Below, in pieces: positions 12,048-24,523 of a stretch of DNA of 64,000 nt. The stretch spans positions 53,382,001-53,446,000 of the forward strand of contig NC_043006.1 in the NCBI RefSeq assembly GCF_006345805.1, given 5' to 3'. Both the position numbers and the translations under genes were made by a program. Position 1 is the first letter of the stretch. Each line of letters begins with the position of its first letter. Below the pieces are notes generated by a model. It saw nothing but the letters and a program-made list of their open reading frames with translations. It made no database searches and was not told the origin of the DNA. This DNA comes from Octopus sinensis. Lineage: Eukaryota.

Positions 12048-12577
12048 ATGCATACATACATACATACATACATACATACATACATACATACATACATACA
12101 TACATACATACATACATACATACATACATACATACATGCTACATGTGTAGAGTTGAATAGAAAAGCGATGCCGGTATGTATTTACAATTGTATAAAATAC
12201 ATATTTCATTTTACGCAAGTGCATACAGTAGAACATAGATACATATATCCATTCATACGCAGTTAGTTAGGTTGCTCATGTGTGTATATACAGGCATACA
12301 TAAATACATACATACATGCGTACATACATGCGGACATACATACATACATACATACATACATACATACATACATACATACATACATAAATGCATAGGTGTC
12401 GTCAGCATAAGACGTGCAGGCGTAGAGAACCGTTTAAAACATATTTTTGAGCCTTCACATTTATACCTACTCCTACAGCCTAAATCATTAACTGGTTTAT
12501 TTCTCCCATTATAAAAGAAATACCTTTTACTTACCAACATAGCTTTATTTGAGTGGATTTTAGAAATATACCTTATA

Positions 12578-13266
12578 CAGTGGCGGCTCGTGTATTGGCA
12601 ATGCAGAACTGTAGCACCCCCTATTTCCACACGATATTATCGATAACATTCAATATAATGAGTCCTTTTTTTTCGTTAATTCTTTTTTTATACTTGTACA
12701 TTATATAATCCTTTAAGCTTAATGTCAGTAGCCATCCCCTATTTTATGAAAAGAATACCAAAATCCTTTTTTAGAATTGTGCACCTCACAGTTCCAGCGA
12801 CTCAGTGTTTGTCTGTTGTGCGCATGCTCACATATCTGAGATAGGAAGCTGCACGCTAGGGAGAGACAGCACTGTCGTTCACGCAGTGCCGACTCTTGTG
12901 TGCTGGTGAAATGTAGTGTTTCTTTTTAACTCGGCGTGTTATGCTTAAAAACATGTTTATATTCTTGAATGTGATAAAGTGTAGAATTAGATTATTATCC
13001 TGCTTCCAGCTTCAGTGTTGCTGTCAGGATTTGAAAAATAGGACACATCCCGCCCTCACCCCTTATTTTGTGACTTGGGGGAATTCGCGGTGAGGTTCAG
13101 TGAACAAATTATACACACTACCCGGCAGTGATTAAAACGCGAACCGATCAAGTTTATTTATAAATTTTCTTTTTATATGTTTGTTTCCTTTTACACAATA
13201 TTAAAACAACGTCTAAAATTTTTCTGAAGCAGCACCCCCACTAATTTTATCTACGAACCGCCACTG
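12578..13266. mobile_element. hAT-type MITE
   Basis: TIR CAGTGGCGGCTCGT / ACGAACCGCCACTG; exact 8-bp TSD ACCTTATA at 12570-12577 and 13267-13274; no ORF. Confidence 0.9.
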
Positions 13267-13540
13267 ACCTTATATCACATGGAATTTCGCTAACACGATT
13301 ATAGTAGAAGAAATAGCTAAGTACTTTGGCTGCTATTTCTAAAAGTTCGGTATGTGGCAAAGCAATTTTTTTTTTTCTTTTTTGCTGAACCCTAATTATA
13401 ATTATACTCATAATTATAAAACGTAATGTTTAAGTTTACCGTAAATTGGTCTTTTAAACACACTGAACACTATTTTGTGGAATTATTAATTACTAATTAA
13501 TTAATTAATTAATTTTACCCTTTATATATATATATATATA

Positions 13541-13633
<93 letters not shown>

Positions 13634-13668
13634 TGTATGTATATATGTATGTATATATGTTTGTATAT

Positions 13669-13936
13669 GGTGGTTGTCTACTCCTTATGAAGAGTCTGAC
13701 CACCTCTTGTACTTACATCTTAGATCCACTATGGCATCTGATGTAACTTTTTAAACCAGACAATATATTGAAAAGACACCCACATAGATTGCATATCTGA
13801 TTTGGACTAGAGCTGCAGTTAAGTTCTGATCTTTGTGAATCTTAAAATGTGCTTTGAGGCCTCCGTTAGATTTGCAGACGTTATGGCATACATGGCATTG
13901 AAAGATTTTCACAGATATATAGGTAGACATTTGGGG
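13669..13936 (-). pseudogene. RTE LINE 3' end: two C2H2 fingers plus 3' stem-loop
   Basis: FQCHVCHNVCKSNGGLKAHFKIH, then (frameshifted) ICNLCGCLFNILSGLKSYIRCH; 3' UTR stem GGTGGT..ACCACC followed by a simple-repeat tail. Confidence 0.75.
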
Positions 13937-14271
13937 GAGACCCCCTTCGGTCACGAATGACCAACGGATTGCACCTAGAAAGTTACCCTCCGAGGTACAA
14001 GTCCGGGCAAGATTGTTTATGAAAGACCAGCAGTCGCCCATGCATACCAGCCTCCCCTCTCCACACCACTGATGTTATCCAAGGCAAAGGCAAAGGCCGA
14101 TACAGCTTGGCACCAGTGATGTCGCAACTCAATTTCTACAACTGAGTTAACTGGAGCAACGTGAAATAAAGTGTCTTGCTCAAGAACACAACACGCAGCC
14201 CGGTCCGGAAATCGAACTCACAACCTCACGATCGTAAGCTCGACGCTCTAAACACTGAGCTATGCGCCTTC
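13937..14271 (-). mobile_element. SINE family B, full length
   Basis: GAAGGCGCATAGCTCAGTG..GAGTTCGATTTCCGGACCGGG tRNA-like head; body ends GACCGAAGGGGGTCTC as in the copies at 24153 and 25778. Confidence 0.9.
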
Positions 14272-14334
14272 ACATGTAGACATTTACATGCAGACATTTA
14301 CACATATATATGTATGCGCGTATTGTGTGTGTGT

Positions 14335-14366
<32 letters not shown>

Positions 14367-14381
14367 CGTGTGTATATATAT

Positions 14382-14430
<49 letters not shown>

Positions 14431-14444
14431 GTGTGTGTGTGTGT

Positions 14445-14650
14445 GTGTGTGTGTCCTTATATTGGTGTTGTACTTGTCCCCCACCATCACTTGATGGTTT
14501 GCTTACGTTTCCGTATTTCAGCGGTTCGGCAAATGAGCCCGATAAAATAAGTACCAGACTTTAAAAATAAGTACTGGACGATTTGACTAAATCCTTCTGG
14601 ACGGTGCTCCAGCATGGCCGCAGGCCAATGACCGAAATAAGTAAAAAATA
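14445..14650 (+). mobile_element. SINE family A, 3' half (subfamily variant)
   Basis: TTGTCCCCCACCATC..CGGTTCGGCAAA..AAGTACCAG..GGTGCTCCAGCATGGCCGCAG..GAAATAAGTAAAA. Confidence 0.75.
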
Positions 14651-15004
14651 TAAATTAAAAACATGTTACCACTTTTGCACAAATATCCCAGCTATGTTTA
14701 TTAATCCCAACGAGACAAAATTAAACGCATTCCCAAAGGAAAGAATGCAATTCTCTTGTAACGATCGAAAAATTTCTCGCTTCCGAAAGCCGCCTCGGGT
14801 CAATAGTATTTTAGGAGCGACTGGTATGTAATGTAGTGAAGTGTCAAACATTAACTCGATGTAGTAAGACTCTGTGAGTCATGTTACTGACGTCACATAT
14901 CTAACATTATAGGTTATGCGACTCCAGTGTTGTAGGAAGACGTCGGAAATGTATGCTTGAATTCTTCTTAAGAGGCTGGAAGTTATATTATTGTCTTTTA
15001 CGTG

Positions 15005-15278
<274 letters not shown>

Positions 15279-15554
15279 GTACATATATATGTATGCATAT
15301 ATATGTATACATGCATGTATGTGTGTATGTATGTATGTATGTACGTATGTATGTATGTATGTATGTATGTATGTATGTATGTATGTATGTATGTATGTAT
15401 GTATGTATGTATGTGTGCGTGCGTATTCTTTTTTTTTTCGCTCTCTTTTTAATTTAGAGTAAATTTTGACCGGCCACCTACTTGAAGCTGTATCGGCCTT
15501 TGCCTTTCCCTTAGGACTGTGAAGGAAGCTATCTTGTTTTACCCGTCCTCTTAT

Positions 15555-15815
15555 AAATCTTAAGAAGAATATTGCAGATTTTTATAGTCCCAGATATCGC
15601 GATCATTTATAGTGTGTTAATTAAGGATTCTCATTCTCTCTCCAAGATTTCAAATTCAGCCATACTTTGCTCCAGTTGAGTTGGCATGTATCCTGTTGCT
15701 CCACTGACAATGGATATGAAACTAAAAGTGTACCTTGGGTACTGGATTTGTAAACTCCTTAACAATGTTCCATAGACGTCCTCTTTCTCTTGTATTTTTC
15801 TAACCACATTCGTGT
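15555..15815 (-). pseudogene. 3' end of an RLE-type (R4/Dong-like) non-LTR retrotransposon, family 2
   Basis: [53 protein letters not shown]; homologous to 19085-19300 and 23925-24125. Confidence 0.7.
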
Positions 15816-16004
15816 CCAGAGGGTATGTATGTATGTATGTCTGTATGTATGTATGTATGTATGTATGTATGTATGTATGTATGTATGTATGTATGTATGT
15901 ATGTATGTATGTATGCATTCATGTATGTATGTATGTATGTGTGTATGTATGTATGTATGTATCTATGTATATATGTATGTATGTGTGTGTATGTATGTGT
16001 ACAC

Positions 16005-16130
16005 AACGAGTTTTCTTTCAACTTCCATCTACCAGATCCACTCACAAGGCTTTGGTTAGTCTGTATCTATATTAAAAGACGTGCCACTTAGCGGGACTGA
16101 GCCCGGAACTTCTTACCATGCAACAACACT
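16005..16130 (-). mobile_element. SINE family A head remnant
   Basis: TTCTTTCAACTTCCATCTACCAGATCCACTCACAAGGCTTTGG..GGGACTGAGCCCGGAAC. Confidence 0.65.
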
Positions 16131-16865
16131 ACACCTTTATTATTGAACATTCTACACAGAACAATTGTTGTGAGGTTTCTTTTTGGTGTTGTTGCAAACA
16201 TAAATTTATAAGTGCGGACAGACTCCCTATCGATTTATGTCTACAACAAAATTGTCAAAGCAACAAAGGTGTCTAATGATACAAAAATCTGCAATAAGAT
16301 TCAGTTTTCCCATTCGTTTGGTTATTTAGATGTAAAAAGAAAGTGGGAGCCATAGCCGTTATAGATCATCATTCACTGTTAATCTTGATGTAGGTGTTTG
16401 TATATGGGCACAGATACAACTCCTTATGATTAAAGTTCTAAGAAGGAGGTAGTGAGCAAAATGCTTCGTGAGAGATTTGGAAATGAGACGCAATAAGGGT
16501 GACGAGATAGAAAATGGCAGATGCAGCCTGTGGGTTTGAGTGCAAGTAAGTAGTACGCAGAGACAAAGGGAAGAGACATTACGTATGTCAGCCAGAAGTT
16601 AGGTTAGGTTGAAACTTTGCCAATCAACCAGACGTGGTCTAGAATGTTTGAAGGTGTGGTAGTGACACTGTCTCATAACACGCGCGCGCGCACATATATC
16701 TATGCATGTATGTATGTACGTACCTATGTGCAAATATATATGTATATGTGTGTTGTTGTTGTATTTCGGGACGGCCATCCTTTTTTTTTTTTTTGCCAAA
16801 TAAACACACGCACTATATATTAGTTCTTCACTCGTTTATTACGGTTCTTATTTTAACTCGTGTCC

Positions 16866-16911
16866 ATCGTCCAGAAATCTTTCGTCACACACCCGTAACC
16901 TCATCAGCGAT
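16866..16911 (-). ncRNA. Degenerate type I hammerhead motif
   Basis: Minus strand: ATCG-CTGATGA-G-GTTAC/gggtgt/GTGAC-GAAA-gatttctgga-CGAT. Core and stems I and II are intact; stem III and the cleavage site are mutated. Confidence 0.5.
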
Positions 16912-17046
16912 ACTTTCCGTCCTCATGTGTGCTCCTGTTCCACTTAGTTCATTATGTTCTTCTATCATGTGTATCTTTATATGCACATACGTTTGCGTCT
17001 GCATTTGTAGGTGTGCGTGCGTTTGCAAACAAAAATTCATAAACAT

Positions 17047-17118
<72 letters not shown>

Positions 17119-17975
17119 ATAATAAAACGAATGCTTTACACTTGGTAGCTTACTAGTAAAGCACGGTCACTTTTAGAGTGATCGTTACGTAAATATGTTT
17201 ATGAATTTGTGTGTGTGTGACTCTCATGGTTTGCTGAAGGCTATCAAGTGATCAAGAGTGCTGTTTTTCAGTGTTTCCTAATCCTGTAGGGGAGGCGTGC
17301 TTTGAGAATAGAGTTTTGGTTATGTAGCCACCATGAAAGACGACTACAAATTATGAGTTCTGGCAAGGAATCGATAACCAAAGCTATTGTCAGAATACAT
17401 TGAATTTCTCTGCGCAGAAACTCTGAAAGACACTGTGAGAGGAATACATTTAGTACCGAGATACTTTGATATTAGAAACTGAACTTTTGCGCAATCTCGG
17501 AATTATATTTAGCAACGATGCCATTATTTGGTGCCAAGACTGCTAAGCGGGTAATAACCTTCAGGTGAATGACGATCTTGATCTTGAGAACATTTATGTA
17601 AAAAGAAAGTGAGTCATGAAGAATCTGCGTGAAATATATTTATTCTCTGCCGATCTAACTGCTATTCCTAGTTTTTGGCCATCGTTAGCGTCAAGCTCAC
17701 TAGCAAACTGGAAGAAATCCAGTAAGCATTTGCGAACCAAGATTACATCTTTTTAAGTACTGAGTCCGATCAAAAAGCCTAACGATTCAAGCAAAAATGG
17801 AAAAGATAAACTATTATTAAAATTTAGATCTTAATTCGACTACAACCATATTTGGAATTATATATATAACGTAACTATTTCAAAATTTCGCCGATATCTT
17901 AATTGCTAGTTTAGAGACGCATGGCTCAGTGGTTAGAGAGGGTCGGGCTCACAACTCCTGTGCCTATATCTCTAT

Positions 17976-18265
17976 ATTTTACTTGTTTCAGTCATTGGAC
18001 TGCAGTCATGCGGGCCAAAGCCTTGAAAGGTTTTATTCGAACGAATCAATTTCAGCATTTATTTTTCTTAAGCCTGGTACTTATCTTATCGGTCTTTCTT
18101 TTTTGCGGATCCGCTAAGTTGAAGGAGTGCAAACAAACCATCATCGGTTGTCAAGCAGTGGTGGAGGGGGATAAACTCAAAGACACGTACACAGATTTAA
18201 ACATATATTCGTGTGTGTGTGTGCGCGGGTGCGTGTCTATGTAGGTACGTGTGTGTGTGTTTATG

Positions 18266-18296
<31 letters not shown>

Positions 18297-18301
18297 TTGT
18301 A

Positions 18302-18344
<43 letters not shown>

Positions 18345-18490
18345 AAGCGTATACTACAGGCTTCTTTCAGTTTCCGTCTAACAAATCCACTCACAAGGCT
18401 TTGTTCGTCCCTGGTTTATAACAAAAGACGCCCAACATTCCACACAGTAGAACTGACCCCGCGGTTGAGAAACAGACTTCTTACCACACA
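17976..18490 (-). mobile_element. SINE family A, near full length, with internal (TG)n
   Basis: Tail 17976-18190, microsatellite, head 18355-18490. Confidence 0.8.
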
Positions 18491-18493
18491 CCC

Positions 18494-18572
18494 ATGGATG
18501 GATGGATGGATGGATGGATGGATGGATGGATGGATGGATGGATGGCGGATGGATGGGTGGACGGACGGATGG

Positions 18573-18608
<36 letters not shown>

Positions 18609-18664
18609 ATGGATGGATGGATGGATGGATGGATGGATGGATGGATGGATGGGTAGGTGGATGG

Positions 18665-18700
<36 letters not shown>

Positions 18701-18770
18701 GTAGGTGGATGGATGGATGGACGGATGGACGGATGGGTGGATGGATGGATGGATGGATGGGTGGATGGAT
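18494..18770 (+). repeat. (GGAT)n microsatellite
   Basis: Direct reading; source of the MDGW/HPSI ORFs. Confidence 0.95.
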
Positions 18771-19084
18771 GTATTGAGGGAAAGAAGGAGGGAGGGAGGG
18801 GGGAAAGCATACTCTCTATGCTTTTGTTCGAGATATATTCAAATTCTTCTTCAGAGAATACAAACCGATCGTTAACAAATTAAGAAGACAAGACACTTTT
18901 GATTAAGTCAAGACAGTCCCGGGAATTTGTAAATATGCGGGTGAGTTAGTGTGTGCATACATGTAGATGTTTGAGTGGATATACTTGTACCCATGTAATG
19001 TTACTCTATGTGTGCGTGTGTGTAATTATGTATATGCCACTTGCATACGTGTGATTGTGTGTATATATTCATTCCAGGGAGCTA

Positions 19085-21600
19085 AAATAGAGATTCCTTT
19101 TGTTTTACAAATCTTCACTGTATGAAGATTTATACCATTCTCTGATCAATTGGGTCTGGAGGACTGTGATTACTTTTCTTTTTTTTTTCCTTGGAAAACG
19201 CCAGCATTTTCAGGCTTTTGTGAAAATCTGTTATTACATAACCTGGTGCACCGATGATGATAGATACAAATGAAAAATCTATCACCTGAAAGGTAAGAAC
19301 AGCAAGTTCTTCATTACTTTACCACAGATCACTTTTTTCACAACTTTAGACGGATCGCTCACATCATCTGGACAGCTAGACTTAACAATAGAGAATGACT
19401 TCATTCCCTCGACCTGATGGTGTTCGCATTAGATTGGTGTTTTTATGGGAACATCCCATCACTGTTCTTCATTTTTCAAGTTATGGATTCATTCTGGTTC
19501 TAGACTGGTTCTATCACCGTCAGATCAATCTCTCCTGATAGCTGTAAATAATTTTAGCAACACTGTCATGTCGCATGGGAGGCGATAATGTAGGTCAGAG
19601 ATTCTCAACTATTGTTCTTTTTTTCCTATGGACCCCTTTGATTCTTATTTTAATCTACTGGCCCTCCATAGACATTTGATGTTTAACCCTTTTTAGACAT
19701 ACGATTATTTGGTATGTGTAGCCAAAAAGACCATTTTTTTGCGATACAACTACTGGAGAACGATCTCTGATTAGCTATTACACTTCAAAACCAACCATTC
19801 CCAACATTTGTTCCATCGTGAAGAATAGATCAGCCTCAAAGTCCTTTCAGCTTGTATAACTTGGGCCGATCAATCGGCCTGGGTATCCCAAGTGGGTTAA
19901 AAAATCTTATATTTTTATAATTCATTATTATTAGGAATCCTATACATTATTGCTAAAATATTTTGTGTAGTGTAGAAGTATTACCAATTCATTGGACATA
20001 ATTTTTAACAACTAAATTTTATATGGATCCCTAAGTGACCCAGGTTGAAGACCACTCATGTAAGTGATATCGTCCATTCTCGTATGAGCCAAATGTATAT
20101 AACCATCACACAGTGGAAATTTAGAAACATCTATATCCCTTTTATTGAACAGGAATCTAGCAGGTCTCTCCTTTTTCAGAATAGCGAAAGCAAATACTAC
20201 TTGGTGGAATGGAATATGTGTCTGTCTCAGTATCACAAGCACAAAAGAGACCACTCCTCCTGTCAATGTTACTTTTATCCTCTAGTTTGCGGGATATGAA
20301 TCAATGCATAACTTACTGCCATTTGATGAATAAGTCTCTGCTTATGTAGTTAGTCTTGCTACCCTTGGATCTTTTGGAGTGATTGCATTCTCAGAAAACC
20401 TGTTCAGGAGTTCTATACGACTCTGAAGTTGTTATTTTTCACTACTGAATATATACATGGGGTCTACTCATTTCTCCCTTTACCGCTCAGTAGGTACTGT
20501 CACAGTATACAATAGATACTGAGTGATAAAGCTAGTACAAACAGTCTTTGTCATTTTATATCTCTCCTATTGTTCTCTTTAAGAGAAATCCCGTTAACGT
20601 TATTGTTGATATGATTACAAAAGATGATTAACATCATTCTGGTCTTTATGTCTAAGTTGAGGATTCTCTCTAAGTATCTAATCTAGTGTTTTGAGTGTTA
20701 GTACTTGTACTGCACTTCAAAAGTATTATTAAATGCCGACAGTCTGTTGAAGTCCTCCTTCGTCGTTCTAACTACACTTACACAGCAACGTATCCAACAA
20801 TATATTCAATTCCGAGATACTTGTAGCATTTTTCATTGCTGATGGGAAAGATTCTATTGATATAAGTACGCCTCATTTGAACAATAGTCTTTCCTCGATC
20901 GACTACTCAGTATGAACACTTATCCCAATCATTATCTATTTCAGTGTCTCGTGAGAATATTGTGGCCAGCTCTAGTGTCTCATGGCGTGAATATTACCCG
21001 AATGCATCCCGACGTAATAAAAAAAAAAACATGTGGCATTTTTTTCATCCTTTCCGAGATACTTCTATTACTCAATTCCGAGATACTTGTAGCATTTTTC
21101 ATTGTTGATGGGAAAGATTCTATTGATATAAGTACGCCTCATTTGAACAATAGTCTTTCCTCGATCGACTACTCAGTATGAACACTTATCCCAATCATTC
21201 TCTATTTCTGTGTCTCATGAGAATATTGTGGTCAGCTCTAGTGTCTCATGGCGTGAATATTACCCGAATACATCCCGACGTAATAAAAAAAATGTGGCAT
21301 TTTTTTCACTCCTCCACATATACAAGAATGTAGCTTTTGCATTTCCTCGACAAGACTAACATTCCAGACCTCTCGCCTCCAAACTTCAGACATTCTGAAG
21401 GTGGGAAGTATTTGATGGTAAGGTTTTTGATGCTGCTATATACTGTCTGTAAGTTTAATGCAAACTTACGGATAATCGTACTTCGCTTTTGTAATTTCTT
21501 ACGATAAGACAGTTTTTTTACATATCGCTCATGGTTTATGCTTAAAGTTTCAAGGCATTTAACTTTCAGTACTGCTCGTCGGCAGTTCTCGTAGATTTTG
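19085..21600 (-). pseudogene. Old RLE-type (R4/Dong-like) non-LTR retrotransposon relic, RT through endonuclease
   Basis: Ordered minus-strand remnants DKCSY*VVDRGK..IFPISNEKCYKYLGIE, NLDIKTRMML, FISRKL, RHDSVAK..WDVPIKT..SCPDD..IIIGAPGYV..TVKICKT; many stops and frameshifts. Confidence 0.6.
20806..21306. repeat. Tandem duplication, 266-bp period
   Basis: TCAATTCCGAGATACTTGTAGC.. starts at 20806 and again at 21072; only a few substitutions between units. Confidence 0.92.
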
Positions 21601-21611
21601 GAGAGTCTCAC

Positions 21612-21748
21612 ATAAAGGCAGCGAATTGTCCAAGTCGATGAGTGTTAGTTAGAATGCTTCATGATATTCGATTCTACTCTCTACGCTCTGAGTTCAAATC
21701 CCGTCAAATTCAATTTAAACATTCATTATTTTCGGGGTCGATGATAGG
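21612..21748 (+). mobile_element. SINE family D (diverged)
   Basis: CTCTGAGTTCAAATCCCG..TTTCGGGGTCGAT. Confidence 0.55.
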
Positions 21749-21761
21749 AAAAAAATTACTA

Positions 21762-21917
21762 GGAATGGCTGTGTGGTAAGTAGCTTGCTTACCAGCCGCA
21801 AGGTTCCGGGTTTAGTCCCACTGCGGGGCACCTGGGGCAAGTGTCTTCTACTTTAGCCTCGGACCGACTAAAGCCTTGTGAGTGGATTTGGTAGACAGAA
21901 ACTGAAAGAAGCCCGTC

Positions 21918-21971
<54 letters not shown>

Positions 21972-21976
21972 GTGTG

Positions 21977-22007
<31 letters not shown>

Positions 22008-22019
22008 GTGTGTGTGTGT

Positions 22020-22065
<46 letters not shown>

Positions 22066-22255
22066 CAACATCGCTTGGCAACAGATGCTGGTGTGTTTAC
22101 ATCCCCGTAACTTAGCGGTTCGGCAAAAGACACCGATAGAATAAGTACTCGGCTTACAAAGAATAAGTCTTGGGGTCGATTTCCTCGACTAAAAGCGGAC
22201 TCCAGCATGGCCGCATTCAAAATGACTGAAACAAGTAAATGAGTAAAAAGAGTAA
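21762..22255 (+). mobile_element. SINE family A, full length
   Basis: Head, (TA)n(TG)n, tail ending AAAAAGAGTA. Confidence 0.9.
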
Positions 22256-23301
22256 TCTAGAGCAGTGGATTGGCTGACAAGTTAGAGCGTCAGACAAGCT
22301 GCGTTGTCTTATCTGTACATTCTGAGTCTCAAATTGTGCCGTGTCACAGAAAAACGGTAACACTTATGTCAGGAGTTGCAACCGACAGATAGTATTAGCA
22401 ATTTGAAAAACAATGGAAATATAGTTTGCTTGGTTCGATCTGAAAATTGACTGCCACCACTTCTACCAGCAACCACCACCATCACCACATCACCACCGCC
22501 AGTACCACCAGTATCATTAAGTCACAGATGGTGGTTTGTGAATTCGTTATTCACTTTGCATCCAATAATTGTATCCAATTGTTCGACGTTTTTGCTACAG
22601 TTTAGTGATGTACTTTTGTTAAAAAAGAAGAAATCCATTTTGATCGTGTATTATCATTTCGATTCATCTCTGTTACACCCATCTCTTGGCAAATAGTAAC
22701 TGCAACACACTACAAGCAGACATTCAATATCCAAAAACTAGTTTCCTTGTGTGTCGAGTGATTTTTATCAACCTGATCGATCATTAATTAAGTCAGTAGA
22801 ATTTGTTTATCGATCCTGTGTTATGATCATTCTGCTCAGTTAACGATTTGTTGATGTAAACAATGAAGTTAATCTCAAATATTAATGCTAGATACGTTTT
22901 GAGTTGTTTGTATCCTTCACTCATTTCTATTTGTTCGTTAGTGTGTCCGTGTATGGTAGCGGTCCCATCTCCGAGTTATTGTCATCATTTTTGCTTTGGT
23001 CGTAGCTCCTTTTTATAGAAATGTTCTCGAAGACATAAATTACAGGAGTAGTTTACTGTGCATTTCTGAAGCTTCCCAATAACCGTGGTTTGCTGATGCT
23101 TTTAAGATTCGCACTGAAATGTTAGTAAATTGAATGATTTACATTCTAGTAACTCTTCGTCACTTTCGTGTAACTGATTGAAGGATGTTCCGTAGGCTTT
23201 TCTACAAGTGACACAAGGCTTGAGTCAATTCCCCGGAAATTCTTAGCAATTCTGCAACCTGCGATTGCTGTCTTCGGTTTCCTGTGTATCAATATATATA
23301 T

Positions 23302-23545
23302 ACTCTTTTACTTTTATACTTGTTTCAGTCACTTGACTGTGGCCATGCTGGAGCACCGCCTTTAGTCGAGCAGATGGATCCCAGGACTTATTCTTTGTAA
23401 GCCTAGTACTTATTCTATCGGTCTTTTTTGCCGAACCGCTAAGTTACGGGGGACGTAAACACACCAGCATCGGTTGTCAAGCGATGTTGAAGGGACAAAC
23501 ACAGACATAAACATATACATACATACACACACACACACATACACA

Positions 23546-23580
<35 letters not shown>

Positions 23581-23593
23581 TATATATATATAG

Positions 23594-23632
<39 letters not shown>

Positions 23633-23795
23633 ATATATATACATATATACGACGGGCTTCTTTCAATTTCCGTTTACCAAATCCACACACAAGGCTTAGG
23701 TCGGCCCGAGGCTATAATAGAAGACACTTGCCCCAGGTGCCACGCAGTGGGACTTATCCCGGAACCATGTGGTTAGTAAGCAAACTACTTACCAC
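23302..23795 (-). mobile_element. SINE family A, full length
   Basis: Reverse-complement match to 21762-22255 over head and tail. Confidence 0.9.
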
Positions 23796-23924
23796 GTTTA
23801 AATTTTTTTTTTATTTCGTATTAAGTTTGACCAGCCACCTGCTTGATGGCGTGGTTGTCAAAGAAAGCATCTTGTTTTGTTCATCAACCTTTAAATCTTT
23901 GGAAGGTCTTGCAGATTAAAGAGA

Positions 23925-24125
23925 GCCATGCAGATTATTACTGTCCCAGCTATCGTAATCATTTATAGAGTACGGATTAAGGATCTGCATTTTCTCCCCC
24001 AATAATCCAAGTTCAACCATGTTTTGCTGTAGGCAGGTTCGTACGTATTTTCTTGCTCCAATGATAATGGATATGAAACTGAAAGTGTATCTTGGGTAAT
24101 TCCTTATCAATGGTCCGTAGACTTG
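23925..24125 (-). pseudogene. RLE-type retrotransposon 3' fragment, family 2
   Basis: QVYGPLIRNYPRYTFSFISIIIGARKYV..LGLL; homologous to 15555-15815. Confidence 0.65.
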
Positions 24126-24152
24126 TGTATATACGTATGTATGTATGTATGT

Positions 24153-24484
24153 GAAGGCGCATAGCTCAGTGGTTAGAGCGTCAAGCTTACGATCGTGAGG
24201 TTGTGAGTTCGATTCCCGGACCGGGTTGCGTGTTGTGTTCTTGAGCAAGACACTTTATCCCACGTTGCTCCAGTTCACTCAGCTGTAGAAATTAGTTGCG
24301 ACGTCAATGGTGCCAAGCTGTATCGGCCGTTGCCTTCCGTTGGCTAATGCTGGTGGCGTGGAGAGGGAAGACCAGTATGGATGGGCGACTGCTGGTCTTC
24401 CTTAAACAACCTTGCCCGGACTTGTACCTGGGAGGGTAACTTTCTAAGCGCAATCCCACGGTCAGTCATGACCGAAGGGGTCTC
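24153..24484 (+). mobile_element. SINE family B, full length
   Basis: GAAGGCGCATAGCTCAGTGGTTAGAGCG..GAGTTCGATTCCCGGACCGGG..GACCGAAGGGGTCTC. Confidence 0.9.
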
Positions 24485-24492
24485 AATATATA

Positions 24493-24523
<31 letters not shown>

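Noticed and set aside
22960-23290. Possible DNA-transposase C-terminal relic on the minus strand
   Set aside because: No recognisable motif survives; cannot be supported by eye.
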